Positions 23,846-36,866 are shown, counted from the first letter of the stretch. The stretch is DNA of 64,000 bases from the human T2T-CHM13v2.0 reference genome, Homo sapiens (GCF_009914755.1 NC_060935.1), one strand, 5' to 3'. Made by a program: numbers and translations. Notes: generated from the letters alone by a model not told the origin.

Positions 23846-26800
23846 GGCGGAGCACCTGCGCAGAGAATTCTTCTGATATCCCGCCCATGGGGAGTTGGTG
23901 ATGGGACCCCCAGGAGAGGGACTGCGGGGGTGTCCCTGCGCCTTCGGGTGGTCAATGCTGGTGAAGTCCGGCACCCAACTGTGAGCAAAGGAGAGGCCCT
24001 TTCCAGGAAGCCCCAGGGGCACTCCAGGGTCGGGAAGGGGCCACAGGGGTCTGGCGAAAGCATGAGGCAAGATTTGGAAACGAGGCTCCAGGGCAGGGTC
24101 AGGGCCAGGGTCAGGGGCAGCCCTAGGATGGCTCTGCTGCCACCCAATCAGAGTCTCCTGCCCAGCTCCTGGGCTGTGGGCGGGGGTCGCACAAAGGACC
24201 ATGGGCAGCCAGGTAGGAACAAGGGTCACCAGGCACTTGGCAGGGGACCGGCCTCTGGGAAATCATCCAGGCCAGGGGCCATGGAGCCGGCTTTCCCCAA
24301 GCCCCAGGGACCCAGCCTCTGCCGGGAGGGTCTGGGGGATCAGGGGGCTGAGGACCCTCCACACAGGCTGGGTGGGGCAGGGGCTCGGGCTGGCCCTGCT
24401 GAGCTTGGGTGGCTGGAGTCCTCGAGGAGGGCTCCCTGGAGGCAGGGGCGCGGAGAGAGCTGGGGCGGGCCAAGGCAGCCAGCAGCCCACGGCAGGCGGG
24501 GGGCCTGACCCGAGCAGCGGCGTTAGGGCTGGCCTGGGGCGCAGCGTGCGCACGGGAGCGCGTGTCTGCTGGACTCCAGCGAGGTGCTGTAGCCAGCTAG
24601 CCAAGACAAGCTGTCCCTGCGGGTGTCTGACCGGCGGGGCCCAGGCTGGGGGGGTGGTGGCGGCACCCCACTGGGGACACAGTGAGGCCCGGAACAGAGC
24701 CCAGAGCCTGGCTGCCGCGCTCCAACCACAATGGCCGGTGCCTCCCCAGGCTGTACCTCTGGGCCCTGCTCCCACCAGGGCCCTGCCCCCACCAGGGGCT
24801 GTGCAGGGTCTGGGAAGGGCACAGCTGTTTGCCTCCCCACATTCCAGACACAGGGTCAAGCAGTGTGGGAGGCTGTTTTTCTTTACAAATGTCATCTGAA
24901 AACAAACACTTACTGGCTCTGCCCGGCTGCCCCGACCCCTTGGAGAGTGGGGGCAGGGACCAGGCCTGGCTACCCCCGTCCAGGTGGCTGGGGACTCTTC
25001 CAGGCCAGAGTGGCCTTTGACCCTCCTTCGCTGCCCCTGCCACACCAACCAGGCCAGTGTCTTCCCTAGCCAGAAGGCTCTGGCCCCACCCCATTTGCCA
25101 CCTAGAACTGGGGAAGGACGCACCTGGCCCGGCCAGCGGCCCATGAAGCCGTCTTTCTCCCACGGGCCGTCCCTGGCTCGACCCTGTGCCCAGGGCAGGG
25201 TCAGGCCCAGTGGGTCTCTCTGTGGAGGGAGGGGCTGCCTGGGGTATCTGGGGGTGGTGAGGGGGTGTCCCAGCCCCAGCCCTTCCCCAGGCCTCATGTG
25301 GGCACCACCCCTCGTTTACGGGCTCTGGGAGCGGGTGGGGCCCCTCCTCCTCCTGAGCTGTAAGGTTTTTCTTCCAGTGGGGTTTGCACAAGGGTCCACG
25401 CCCACAGCCTCAGCCCGGAACCTGAAGGCTCTGAGGCTTCCTAGGGGGTTCTGCGGCCTTGCACTGTGGGTCCTCCCAGCTCGGCAGCCCTCTGCTGAGG
25501 CAATGTCCTCTTGGAGCAAAAAACAGCCCCCGCACCGTTCCTCCCAGGGTGCATCTGAGCCCAGGCCCCAGGACACTATCCCCGGGGGTCCAAGGCGGGT
25601 GGGGACCGCCCTCCCGACGAAGCTTCTTTGCGCCCTGCTCACTCTCCTCAGCCCCCAGGTGCACTGGGGGATCCTGCAGGAAGCCTGCGGGCGGGGACTG
25701 GGGGGTGTGTTTGGGGCAGCGGTGTCTAGACCCTGGCCTGCCTGAGGGCCGGGAGCTTGGACTTCAGGCCTCAGGAGTCAGGAGAGGGCCACCACGCTCC
25801 CTTCCCCTCGCCACAGTGGTCCCAGGCGGGAGGGAGCGGACACGGGCTTTGCGGCACAACCTGGTCCTTGTTCTCTGGCTGGGCTAGGGTCACCTGGAGC
25901 TGGTGCCCGTGATATCCGCCTGACGCGGAAGTGGGCACCGTTTTCTGGATGCTCCCTTACTTTCTCAGCGCTGTGTGGAGGGGGAATGCCCCGTGCTTCT
26001 CACCCTGTCTTCGCCTGTCCCCACCCCAAGCTCCACTGGGCGGGGAGGAGAGGGGCACCTCCATAGGACTCAGCTATCCCCCCAACTCCCACAGGAACCT
26101 CAGGCCCAGAGTCCCCAGGAGGGAGCAGCCGGCAACACGGTTTCCGCTGTGGAGACGGGGCGTCCTGGCTTGAGTTCACTCCTCTCCAGGTGGAGCTGCC
26201 GCCGTGAGACCAAGGCCAGGCCCCCCTCGGGCCCCAGGGCTCCGAGGCACTTCCTTGGGTTGGTGTGCTGGATGGAAGTAGGGCTGTATTTCCTAAGACC
26301 TGCGGGGCAGACCTGGCCTCTGGAGGTGAGAATTTGCTGGGCCTGTTATGGGTGAAAGAGGAAAACCAGCCTGTGGGGGGCATCTCACAGTCCCCTCTGT
26401 CCCTCAGGTAGGATGCGTGGGGCGTGGTGGAGCCACGGGGTAGGGGAACGGGGACCCCCTCAGGTGTGTGGGGGCTGGGAGGTGGGTGCAAGGCCCCCCG
26501 TCTCACCGAGAAGGGACTTGGAGAGTGAGATGGTGTCTGAGTTAGGATGGCAGGCTCAGCTGACCTCGTCCCAGAGGCACTCAGCAAGGGCCAGGGACGG
26601 CATCCCCGCCGGGCACATGGCAGTTCATCCTCAGAGACACTGTGTATGGGAGGGAGGAGAAGCCCACACCTCTCTGAGGCAAACTTCAGGACGGCCAGGG
26701 GCCCCTGAGCACCCCGCCCACCTTTCTCCCGGCGCCCATGTGGGGCGATGCTCTCTGCCCTCCTTTGAGCTCTGCAGTATCCTGGGACGTTGGGCCCTCT

Positions 26801-27129
26801 GTCCTGCTTGCTCTGTCTGTGCTGGGGAGTGGGCAGGAGTGGACAGAGATCCGCCCTTCTCCAAGAGTCCCAGCCGTGGGAGGCTTCACCTTCCAGAAGG
26901 TTCCTCCTGTTTCTCTGTGCCTACTACGAGGCTCATCCTCACACCTGAGGACTGTCTCCTTGCTGGTAGGCTCACCGCGTGGAGGAAAGGGGGCCTCTGG
27001 TCACCTTCCCCACAAGCACAGACACGCAGTGTCACAGGGCAGTTGAGACTGTGTTACTGAGCCCAGCGGACAACCTGGGAACACATCCTGGTGTATCACC
27101 TTACTGGCTGCAGGAGCTCAGGGACAGCC

Positions 27130-27170
27130 GTAATCACTCTGTGCCTCAGTTTCCTCGTCTGTAGAACGGG
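27130..27170. mobile_element. MIR core fragment
   Basis: CACTCTGTGCCTCAGTTTCCTCGTCTGTAGAACGGG resembles the MIR core consensus. Confidence 0.6.
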
Positions 27171-27715
27171 ACCAGTTTGCATGAGGCTCCCGGGCAGAGC
27201 CTGGAACCCGTGAACCCAAGAGCAGTCGTCATCAGGCCAACGTGCACTCGAGCAGAGATGTCTCCCCAAGTCCAGCTTGCTTCATATCCCCTGCAGTTCT
27301 GGTGGTGGGAACCCAGAAGTCAGAACACATCTACCTCCTGGCAGCTGGAGGCCACAGCGCCCCGAGTTTGGGACATGCCCCTCTCTGCATGTCCGTGCCA
27401 ATTCCTCAAGGCTATCGGCCAGCCCCTCCCACTCAAGGCACCCCATGGAGCCTCCTGGGAGATCTTCAGACCCAGGGCAGGTGGGGGCTGGATCTGCCCT
27501 TCCTTCGGTGCCCCAGGTCTGTTATGGGCACGGGCTGTGAGCTGGTGCCAAGGACAGAGGCATCAGGCCAGGCCAAACTGCTGCACACAGCTGGCCACGG
27601 GGCCGTTGATCGCAGACAGTCAGGCTTCAGGCTGTCTGACACGGGCCGTCTGCTCCTCCTTGGACAGTTGTAGCACTCAAATGTTAAAACAATTTTTTAA
27701 AATAAATTTTTCTAC

Positions 27716-28003
27716 TTTTTTTTTTTTTTGAGACAGGGTGTCACTCTCTTGCCCAGGCTGGAGTGCAGTGGTATGATCATGGCTTGCTGCAGCCTCAACC
27801 TCCTGGGCTCACGTGATCCTCTCACCTCAGTCTCCCACATAGCTGGGAATACAGGTGCGCGCCGCCGCACCTGGCTGATATTTGGTAGAGATGGGGTCTC
27901 ACTATGTTGCCCAGGCTGGTCTCCAACTCCTGGACTCAAGCAATCTGCCCACCTTGGCCTTCTAAAATACTGAGATTACAGGTGTGAGCCACCACACCTG
28001 GCC
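27716..28003 (-). mobile_element. AluJ element
   Basis: Poly(T) then TGAGACAGGGTGTCACTCT; AluJ-type ATCATGGCT..CTGCAGCCTCAACCTCCTGGGCTCA..TGATCCTC. Confidence 0.9.
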
Positions 28004-28883
28004 CCAAATAAAACAATTTAAAAAGGAAAAAAGTGTGTGTGTGGCAGGAAGAGGAGGGTGAGGCCCGGAAGGAACTGAAGGAAACAAACTCAAGGAGAAC
28101 AGCTGGTCCCCACGCCAGCGTCGACGCTCCAAGTCCTTCACCTCGGAGCCGAGCAGGGGCTGGGGGCACGGGGAGCTTGTGGCCTTTCTGGTGAAGTGAC
28201 TCTTTTCTGGAACTTTCCAAACACCCTCCCCGCCCCCCGCCATGCCCCCCACCGCCTTTCCTTCCTTCTTTCTCACCCGCTTCCTTATTCCTTACTGTTC
28301 ATCACAGACAAAGTTCCTGGGTAGGAGTGCGGGCAACTGCCGTTTGGGATCCATGGGGGCCTCCCGCCATTGGGCAGCCCCTCTCCCTGGCTTGTGGGGA
28401 GGCTCAGGTGAGCCCAGGTCTCCCTCTCCCACCGCATGGGAGTGCAGGATCCACAGGCTGATGGCTGTTTGCCAAAGGATGGGGACATTGGGGCACAGCA
28501 CGGGGACACTTACTCAGCAGACAGCACCCTGACTGGCAAGATTGAAGAGCTCCCCTTCCTTGCTAAGACTCCCATGAAACACACAGGGGGCTGCTCAGGG
28601 GGTGCAGGCGGCAGGAGCGGGGACAGCTCAGAGGTGGGTGTGGCACAGGGTTCATGGCATAAGAGGGGTGGCCTCGGGAGCCAGGGCGGGGGCAGCCTGG
28701 AGCCAGCAGCCCTGAGGCCATGCACATCCACAGCATGCTGGCGGTGACAGCCCCGACCCGTGGCAGGGGAGCAGGCTCTGGGCTTGTCTGACCCGTGAGC
28801 ACCCAGTGGCCTGGTGGCCTCAGCCCTCGTTGCCAGCCTCTTTCTAAGGTCAAGCCTGTGCTCTCCAGCCAGAGAAGGCATGC

Positions 28884-29197
28884 TGGGCTGGGCTGGGCTG
28901 GGGTGGGCAGGGCTGAGCTGGGCAGGGCAGGGCAGGGCTGGGCTGGGTAGGGCTGGGCAGGGCAGGGCAGGGCAGGGCAGGGCTGAGCTGGGTAGGGCAG
29001 GGATGAGCTGGGCTGGGCAGGGCTGGGAAGGTCAGGGCTGGGAAGGGCAGGGCAGGGCAGGGCAGGGCTGGGCTGGGCTGGGCTGGGCAGGGCAGGACAG
29101 GGCTGGGCTGGGTAGGGCAGGGATGAGCTGGGCTGGGCAGGGCTGGGAAGGGCAGGGCTGGGCTGGACTGGGCTGGACTGGGCAGGGCTGGGCAGGG
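28884..29197. repeat. G-rich pentamer array (GGGCT/GGGCA/GAGCT)n
   Basis: ~60 pentamers seen directly. Confidence 0.95.
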
Positions 29198-29503
29198 CCG
29201 GGTGGAGTGGGCGATGGTGTCCATCCCGCTTAGTGGCTTCCTCTCACAGGAAGTCTGACCACCCTTCAATGCTGGGGGTCTAGGCTGGGCAGGTGGACGT
29301 GGGGGTCCATTTCTAGGCTCTAGACCCAAGGCCTTCCTGCTGCTCAGAGGTTCCTAGGCTCAGCAGAGAGGGTGGGGACAGAAGGTCCGAAATTCCATGT
29401 CCTTGGGATCCCATCTGCCCGTCCTTCCCGCCCAGCCCAGCCCAGTCTGTCTGCTCCCCAGCCTCCCACGCCCCCCATTGGCGTGCATGAGTGACATGCG
29501 TGT

Positions 29504-29625
29504 CCCGCACACCCTCGGTCCTGTTGTCCATCTCCCCCATCGCCCGCACACCCTCGGTCCTGTTGTCCATCTCCCCCATCGCCCGCACACCCTCGGTCCT
29601 GTTGTCCATCTCCCCCGTCGCCCGC
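29504..29625. repeat. 3 x 39-bp tandem repeat
   Basis: CCCGCACACCCTCGGTCCTGTTGTCCATCTCCCCCRTCG at 29504, 29543, 29582. Confidence 0.95.
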
Positions 29626-31492
29626 CACCCACGCCGTCCCCACTGCCTTAGGCTGGCTGCCCCTTTGGACAGGGGCTTTGTCTACCCAAGTCACAGGACA
29701 CGTGAAATTCAGCCTTAATTAAGTTGTTGGGTGATGGAGTCCCAGATGTGGGAGGCTCAGCCAGACCCTCTTGGGCTGCCCACCCGGAGAGCGACTGGGG
29801 CTGAGAGCCTCGCCTGGGGCCACTGTGCAGCTGCCGCCTCCCGCCTCCCACCTCCCGCAAAGGCCTGGGAGTGGGGCCCAAGGCAGCTGCAGCCCCACAG
29901 CCTGGCCTTGACCCTGGGCTGCCCCACAGCCCCCCTGCTGGCTCCGTGCCCACTGGGAAAACAAGCTCCTTATCTCGAATGCTTCCTGTGAACTGCAAAC
30001 AGCCACGTGTCCCTTGGGAGCCACTCTTGATGAACGTGCCCTCTGTCCCACGACCCAGGGTGAGGCCGTTCACCCTCGGGCTGGGGGCCACCGGGACTGG
30101 AGGCTCTAGGCCTGGAATGAGGGGAGGGGACCTGCGGCAGGGCAGAGCCAGGCTGGAGACCACTGCATTGGGAGGGTGAGGAGGGAGAGGAGGGGGCAGG
30201 AGGGTTTGGGTCCAAGGCCTGGTTGCACAGGACAGCTGGGGATGGGGGAGAGGGGCACAGGCCAGAAAGGCTGGGGCTGCGGGGGCTAGCTAAGAGGCGA
30301 GGGTTCTGGGTGGCAGCAGCAGGCAGGGACCTTCCCGGCGGCCCCAGTGGCTCCCTCCCTCCCAGAACCCTTTCTCCTTCCTTGGGCCTAGAGCTTCCTC
30401 CACGTACTTTTCCCCGCCCCCGCCTTTCCCCTCTCTCTCACCCCGCTCAAACATGCTGTGACCTTTCCAGGGCCCCTGGACATCACTCACTGGGTGACAG
30501 AGGTTGACAGGCATGGAGCTAAGGAATGGGAGGCAGGGCGGGGGCGGCCAAGCCTCTCCAGCCGCTCCCTTCCCGCTTGCCCCACAGACGGGCCTCCCTG
30601 GATGGTCCTGGGTCAGCACACACGCTCCCAGGCGCTTCCTTCCCCAGGAGACAGTCCCCAGCCCCTGGCGGCCCAGATCCTCCTGCTCAGGCCGACGCAT
30701 CCCACCTGGGCCCCAGAAACCTCTTTGGAAAGGGACAGTCACCTCAGAGTGGCAAGCACTTAAAAGAGACCCCCAACAGGCCGGTGTGTCGTGGTGGCAG
30801 GCAGGGTGTGTCTGGAGAGAAGGGGGACGTGTCCCCAGCTGGGCCTGGGGACGGCTCCGTGGGAAAGTCCCACCTGGTCCCAGCCCCGGGTCTCCAGCCT
30901 TCAGACTCCTTGGGGGTCTCTGTGGCCTGGCAGAGGTCGGTGGCCCCTCAGTGGAGGCGAGGCCTCTCCTGGGTCACCACCGCACACCGGCCTGCTGGGA
31001 AGCTGGGGTTCTGGGCCACAGCCGGCCCTGGACGTGGAGGGGGGCATCAGGCCAGACCCCCCAGGGGCTCACAGGGCTCTGGGAGGCCCTGGCAACCCCA
31101 GGGTGCCCCCAAGCCCTCAGAAGGGTTGTCCCTACTTGGAGGGGACCACACAGCCAGGTGGGCAGGAACAGGCACCACGGCGGCCCTTCCCTGTCCACCC
31201 TCTCACCAGTGGCCCGCAGTGCAGTCCAGGAAGCACCGGACAGAGCACGGGGCAGGGAGGGGAGGCCCGTACTGGCTTCACAGAGGTCTGGGAGGGGCTA
31301 GCCCCTGTGCAGACAGACCCCTGAAGCCTAGAGCCGCCGGCCCAGCTGAGGTCCTTCCCAGGGGCCATTCTGGGACCCCTGACCCCATGCACCTGTGTCA
31401 CAGGGCTATGAGCGCCCCCAGCCCCAGGACCTCCACGTTTCTCTCTAGAGGGAAGAGGAGGAGGACGGCAGGCCTGCTGGCCCCACACTTAC

Positions 31493-31600
31493 TGGTTGGG
31501 GACGCTCAGAGGGGGCAGCCGCCATGCCGGGAAGTTAGGGTGGGCAGAGGAGCAGCGGTGCCAGGACCCCCAGGCCATGCCGCCACCCCGGACCCTGAAC
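31493..31600 (-). ncRNA. MRPL23-AS1: Probable first exon of a minus-strand lncRNA (MRPL23-AS1)
   Basis: Strong minus-strand donor CCA|GTAAGT (GT at 31492-31491) just downstream of a CCAAT/CRE-like promoter block; position relative to H19 matches my recollection of the MRPL23-AS1 start. 5' end approximate; other exons not defined. Confidence 0.4.
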
Positions 31601-31639
31601 AGTGGGCTAGTGTGTGGGCCTGGGGAGTGAGGGCCCAGG

Positions 31640-31850
31640 CCGGGCTGGGTCTCGCTCCATAAACCCTGGCTGGCCGGAGCTGCAGACATCACTGTTGACA
31701 CAGGGGTGATGTCACTGCCGGCCAATGGGGAGCCCCTCGGGGGCCCTACGTGTGCCTCTCTGTGCTCCCAGGGCCCCCGCCACGCACGCCGCCTGCTCTG
31801 AATGCTGCCTGCATAAACCGGTTTTTCTAAATGTCTTTGGGGCCCTGCTT
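31640..31850. promoter_or_regulatory. Candidate H19/IGF2 downstream (endodermal) enhancer / lncRNA promoter
   Basis: ~8 kb downstream of the H19 TSS, where the shared enhancers are known to lie; forkhead-like TGTTGAC 31693-31699, CRE-like TGATGTCA 31707-31714, CCAAT 31722-31726. Confidence 0.45.
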
Positions 31851-33216
31851 GCCCCCTGGGCCCCATCTCCTGCTCATCCCACCCCACCCTTGGGCCCAGC
31901 CTATGAGCCAAGCGGGAGTGGGGAGTGGCGGAGAGCCCTGGGCCTGCCTGCTCCCACAGGCATGTGGGCCCCAGAGCCCTGACCCCTGCACCTTCACCTC
32001 GCCAGCCTCTCTCCCATCTGCCACGACCCCAGCTGCCACCATGGCTCCCCACAGTCACCCCTGGGCCGTCTCTTCCTCCTGTCGGGAGAATGTTCCTCCT
32101 GGGAGAGCCTGAGGCCCCCTCTCTGCTCCTTGCTCCCCCGTCTGTCTCCCCTGCCCTGCCTTGCAGCCCTGCCCTGGGTCCATATGCTCAGAGCTGGCTA
32201 CATATCCTGTGGCTGCCCATGACACATAGCTCCCCCAGGCAGGGCCGGACCCCGGGCACCTCTTTGCCTCCAGGGCCGGCCCCACTCTGTTGGAGGTCAG
32301 CCGGTTCCGAGGCCTCCAAGCCGCCTTTCTACTTCTCGATTCCAGGGCCTGGTCTCCACTCCCTCTGGGCTTTGGGGTGCATGCTGCAGTGCAGCCTCCC
32401 CGCGCCCCGGCCTCCATGCACCCTGCTCGTGCTGCCTCAGAGGCTTGGCATCTCCCCCATCTTCCAGCCAGGCAGCCAGTTTTCTGCAACGTGGGGCCCA
32501 CGGTCAGCGTCCCCCACAGCCCTGCCAGCCCTTCTCCCCGGGGGTCCGCCCTGCACCCCCTTCCCAGGAGCTTGCTCTGCACCCACTGCTGGGCCTCCTG
32601 GCCTAGGGGCTTGGCACGTGCCTGTGAGCAGAGGCGCTGGGCAGGAGGAGGAGGAGGAGCCTGCAGTGCCTGGCGCCCGTGTGTGTTTACTGGTCCGGCC
32701 CCAGCCCCGCGCCGCTCCCCGCGGACCCGGCCTCCCGCCTGTGTCCAGCCAGGTGTTGGGTGATGGAGCGGGGCTCCCTAAGGACAAGGAGCACAGTGTC
32801 TGCTTTCTTTGCAAGCACAGTGCTGACAAGGAACAGAATACCCACAGCGACTGCTTCCAGGAAACGGCTGCAGGGCGGGCGGGAGCCTCTGCGAGAGCAG
32901 CCCCTTCCCAGCAAGCCGGCCTGCAGGTGGGCTTCCAGGAAGGGGCCCCCGCTGGCTTCCCTCAGCCCTGGAAGGGGGCCAACGGTGTCACCAGGAGCAG
33001 GCCAGGGAGCGGGGTAGAGGGGGGAGAAAGAGAAAGGAGAGGCGCGGAGGAGGGAAGGAGGGACGGGGCGCAGGCCTATGCTATGCCTAGTGTGGTTACC
33101 ACAGCCTTAAGGGAGAGCAAGGCTGACCACAGCTCCTTCTCGAACCTTCCAATCCCCCTTTTGAGAAGTCACAAGATCTCCACTCAGGTCTTTGGCTCTC
33201 TGGGGCTTGTCAGGCA

Positions 33217-33217
<1 letters not shown>

Positions 33218-33262
<45 letters not shown>
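33218..33262. repeat. (CA)22 microsatellite
   Basis: Seen directly. Confidence 0.98.
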
Positions 33263-33264
<2 letters not shown>

Positions 33265-36200
33265 ATGCACACCCATCTGAAAACACAAGCAAGCTGGGCC
33301 ACTGGGGGAGACCATTCCCTGAGACCCAGCCGGGGTCCAGGTTGAGGGGCTGACCTCCTGGCCCCCATGTTGGGAGGGCCGAGGAGGGCCCCCGCCCGGA
33401 CCCACTGCGCCCTTGGCTCTGAGTGCTCAGATCCCACCCCCATCTCTAGAGAGGAGGAAATCATTTATCTTCCTGGGAGCTCGGGGTCGGGGAGAGGGGG
33501 CTGCCCTCCTTGAGTCCCCGACTGTTTTCTTTGAGACTTCCCAGGGTGCATTGTAGTCAGACCCAAAACATCGCTTTGTCCCTGTTGAAGGGACTTCACT
33601 TCCTTCGTAGAGTTGGGATTTTCTGTCTCCATTCGGTGGTATACCAAGTGCCTGCCTCCCACACCCAGCTGCCCCTAATCCCTGCCTGAAAACGTGCTCC
33701 TGGGTCACGGAATTCATGCTGAGACACGAGCCACACACAGCCAGGCTCAGGGGTCCACCCTCCAGGGAACACCACCCCGCTACAGGGCCACGATCACACA
33801 CACACCCCGCGGAGCATCTCCGGGCCGGACAGGACCCACGCCCTCCACAGCCCGGAAAGGCGGGTTAACTGGTCAGCATGCAGAGACCCACCAAGTGGAG
33901 ACCCCGCTCCCAGGCACAGACGCACAGCTGTGGATGCACGTCCTCGGTGACAAGGTAGCTGAGGTCGCGTGCCCCGGGTGTGTATGGCTGCACAGGCCAT
34001 CTCAGGGGACTCGCCAGGAGATGCGTGCACCGAGGTCCAGCGTGGCCACAGCAGCAGCACGCGCCTCAAGTCCTCTTCTCTAACTGGATGACTTGGTCTT
34101 CACTCAACCTAAACGTGCCGCAGAAACTTGGGTGGGTGGAGGGTCTGGGTGTGAAGACCTCGGTGCCTAACAGGGTCTGGGACGTGGCCAGAAGCCAGGG
34201 CACCCTCAGGGTCTCCCTGAACGGTGGAAGTTCCTCCCTCCCCAGATTTCCTGGCACCTTTGCAGGCAGCCACAACCCTCACCCCGGCCCCGCCACCCCC
34301 ATGTTGGGGTTTGGGAGTGAAATTCCAGCCCGTTTGCTTCTCCGCACTGAAGTCAGTGCAGGGGCGTTTTCAAAGTGCCTTTGGGTGTTGGGGTGCCTGG
34401 AGCCTGTCTAACAACCCTCTCTAAGCCCCTTTTCTAAAAAGCAGGAAATCGGGTTGGGCCAAAGATAAACACACATTCCAACCTGGCAGGTCGCTCAGAG
34501 CTAGGGGCTCGGGCGGGCTCCCAGCCCCCGCCCCGGGGTGCGGCAGGAGGCTCCGAGGCTGAGCACCTGCTGCGGGGCCCCCGGGCCTGTGGCTCCCCGC
34601 CTGCCCGCCTCACCCTGAGGTTCAGCCCCCTGAACGCTGCCCCCACCACCTCCCTGTTTCAGGGCCTGTGGCCCAGACCCCCTCCAGCACTCAGGGGCTG
34701 CCCTAGGGACACCACCCCAGGAACTGCCCTAGGAAGCCCGTTCCGCTGCAGGGAGCAGAGAAACCTGGGCTGCCCAGAGGTAGGCGCTGCCCCTGAGTAC
34801 ACGTCCTGCTCTCAGGGGGCAGCCAGCGTGGGCACAGCCATGGGCAGTGCTGGGAGATGGTGGGGGCCACCAAGAGGCCTGTGTCCCTTCCCCAGCGGGT
34901 GTGAGGAGGAACAGCCCTGTCCCCATACAGCTCCCAGGTGGAAACTCCAGAGCAAGCGTGTCATTCATACACCCCTGGGCCCAGAGATGTGGACGTGTCC
35001 AGCACGCCTGTTCTCTCCAAGTGACCAGGAGGAGACAATCCCTAGGAGCTGACACAGGTGACGAAGGCCCGAGGTGGCCCGCCTTTTCCCCCAGCCCCAT
35101 TCCCATGTGTCCTTCCCCAGGCAGGGATTTGAAGTGGGCAGAGTCTTCCATGTTCCCCAGGAGAGGTTTTCTGGGTGCCCCTCTCCCCCTCCCTACGGTT
35201 CCCCTGCCCCGCCACCCTGGGCACCCCTGGGGCTGCCTGCCGCACCCTGCAGCCGCCACCTGGGGAAGCCGGCTTTTATCTCCTGAGCCCTGCTTTGTAA
35301 ACCTCCTGCAGAGTTGGATGTTTATAATAAAGGCCGTTTATAGACCTAACTCTTGACATGTAATGGATGGGTTACTTCATCCTGCCGGCCAAAACCCACT
35401 TGGGTAAGTCAAATTGGCCTGTAGGGTCAGGAAGATGAATGCGGCCTCACCCTGGGCTGGCCCCAGCGACCTCTGACCTCCTCCATGAGATGGCAGCCAG
35501 TCCCAGGGGCACCATCCCAGAGACTTCAAGAGACTCCCTCACCGGATGTCTACATGCATCCTGGGGGGTGACCACCCGCCCAGGTTTTAGCACACAAGTG
35601 TGTCCCTGGAAACCCCTCGGTCTCTGACAGTCCCCAGGGCCCACAGCTGGATGGGGAGGGGGCAAGAGAGGGTGCAGAGGGGAGGCCAGACCCAAGGGGC
35701 GTGGGGAACCACCCTGCTCTTCCGCCCTGGACACCAAGACCCCAAGGGCGGCTGGGCCGGTAGGGGAGGGGCGTCCCTAACCGCCTTCCTGTCTGTTCTT
35801 TGTCAGTCGGGGAGGAATTTTCCTGACAGCTCTGTGCACTGGGAATGGGGGTGGAAGGCAGGGGGGAGGGGGGAAGGAATGGGGAGGCCGGGACCCCACC
35901 CTTATTTCCAGGGGCTGCCCCTTGTGTTCCCAGCGCCTGCACAGCGAGGGGCCAGGAGCTGGGAGGCCTGGCTGAGGGAGCTGCCGGCCACTGGCCTCTG
36001 CGGGGAAGCTGACCCCGAACCCATGAGTGGGCTGCCTTGGCACCTGGGGAGCGAACCCCTGCATACCGGGGTTCTTGGAGCTCCAGCAGCAAGACCCCGG
36101 GGAGGGAGCCCGGGAGCCCCTCACCCTGGGCCCTCCCGCTCCTCCTCACCTCCTCCCTGTGGCCACCCTCAACTCCTTCCTCCCTCCTCCTGGTCCCCTG

Positions 36201-36866
36201 GCCTCCTTAGGACCTCTGCCCCAAGGCCACCTGCCCACTGAGAAGCCCACCGGCTCCCCCCCAACCCCCTGGCTCCTTGTGCGGGGCCGTCCCTCCGGCG
36301 TGGCCCCGGCTCCCACCCACAGCAAAAGGGGAGCAGGAACGGGACTGGCGCGGGGTTCGTGCCCCTGTCGGGGTGGGGTCGCCCAGAGCACCTTGTGGGC
36401 CTCCCAGAGCGGCCATGGCCAGCTCTACCCCAGTCACCTAGCCCGGGCTTCAGGGGTCTGGGGCCAGCACCAAGGCGTCATTCTGATGGGACTTTGGGGC
36501 GACAGGAGGCACTCGCTCGGGGATGGTTTGGTGGTCCCCGACCCCTGCCTCAGAGCGCAGGCCCCCTCCGCAAGCCCAGCCCCCGCCCAGTCTGTGAAGC
36601 CCCTGGTCCCACAGCCCCTCCACTGCCATCACTGCATGCTGACCGCCTGCCCTGCACCCCTGAGGTCCACACACCCTGTGCTCACCCCACCCCTGGTGTG
36701 TGCTGCGCTGCACCCATCCCAGAATCCCCCACCCTGGAACCCCCATCCCCCTTTTCATGTACTCCTCCCCATGCCCCCCAGCCCCCCTCTGCCCAAGGCT
36801 GGCCTCCCCCACATCATGCCCACAGCCCGGATTCCAGAGTCCTCGAGACAAATTGCTGTAACAGTG

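Noticed and set aside
32770-35350. LINC01219 / plus-strand lncRNA downstream of H19 (AATAAA at 35326-35331)
   Set aside because: I recall an annotation in this interval but cannot define exons or link the poly(A) signal to it from sequence.
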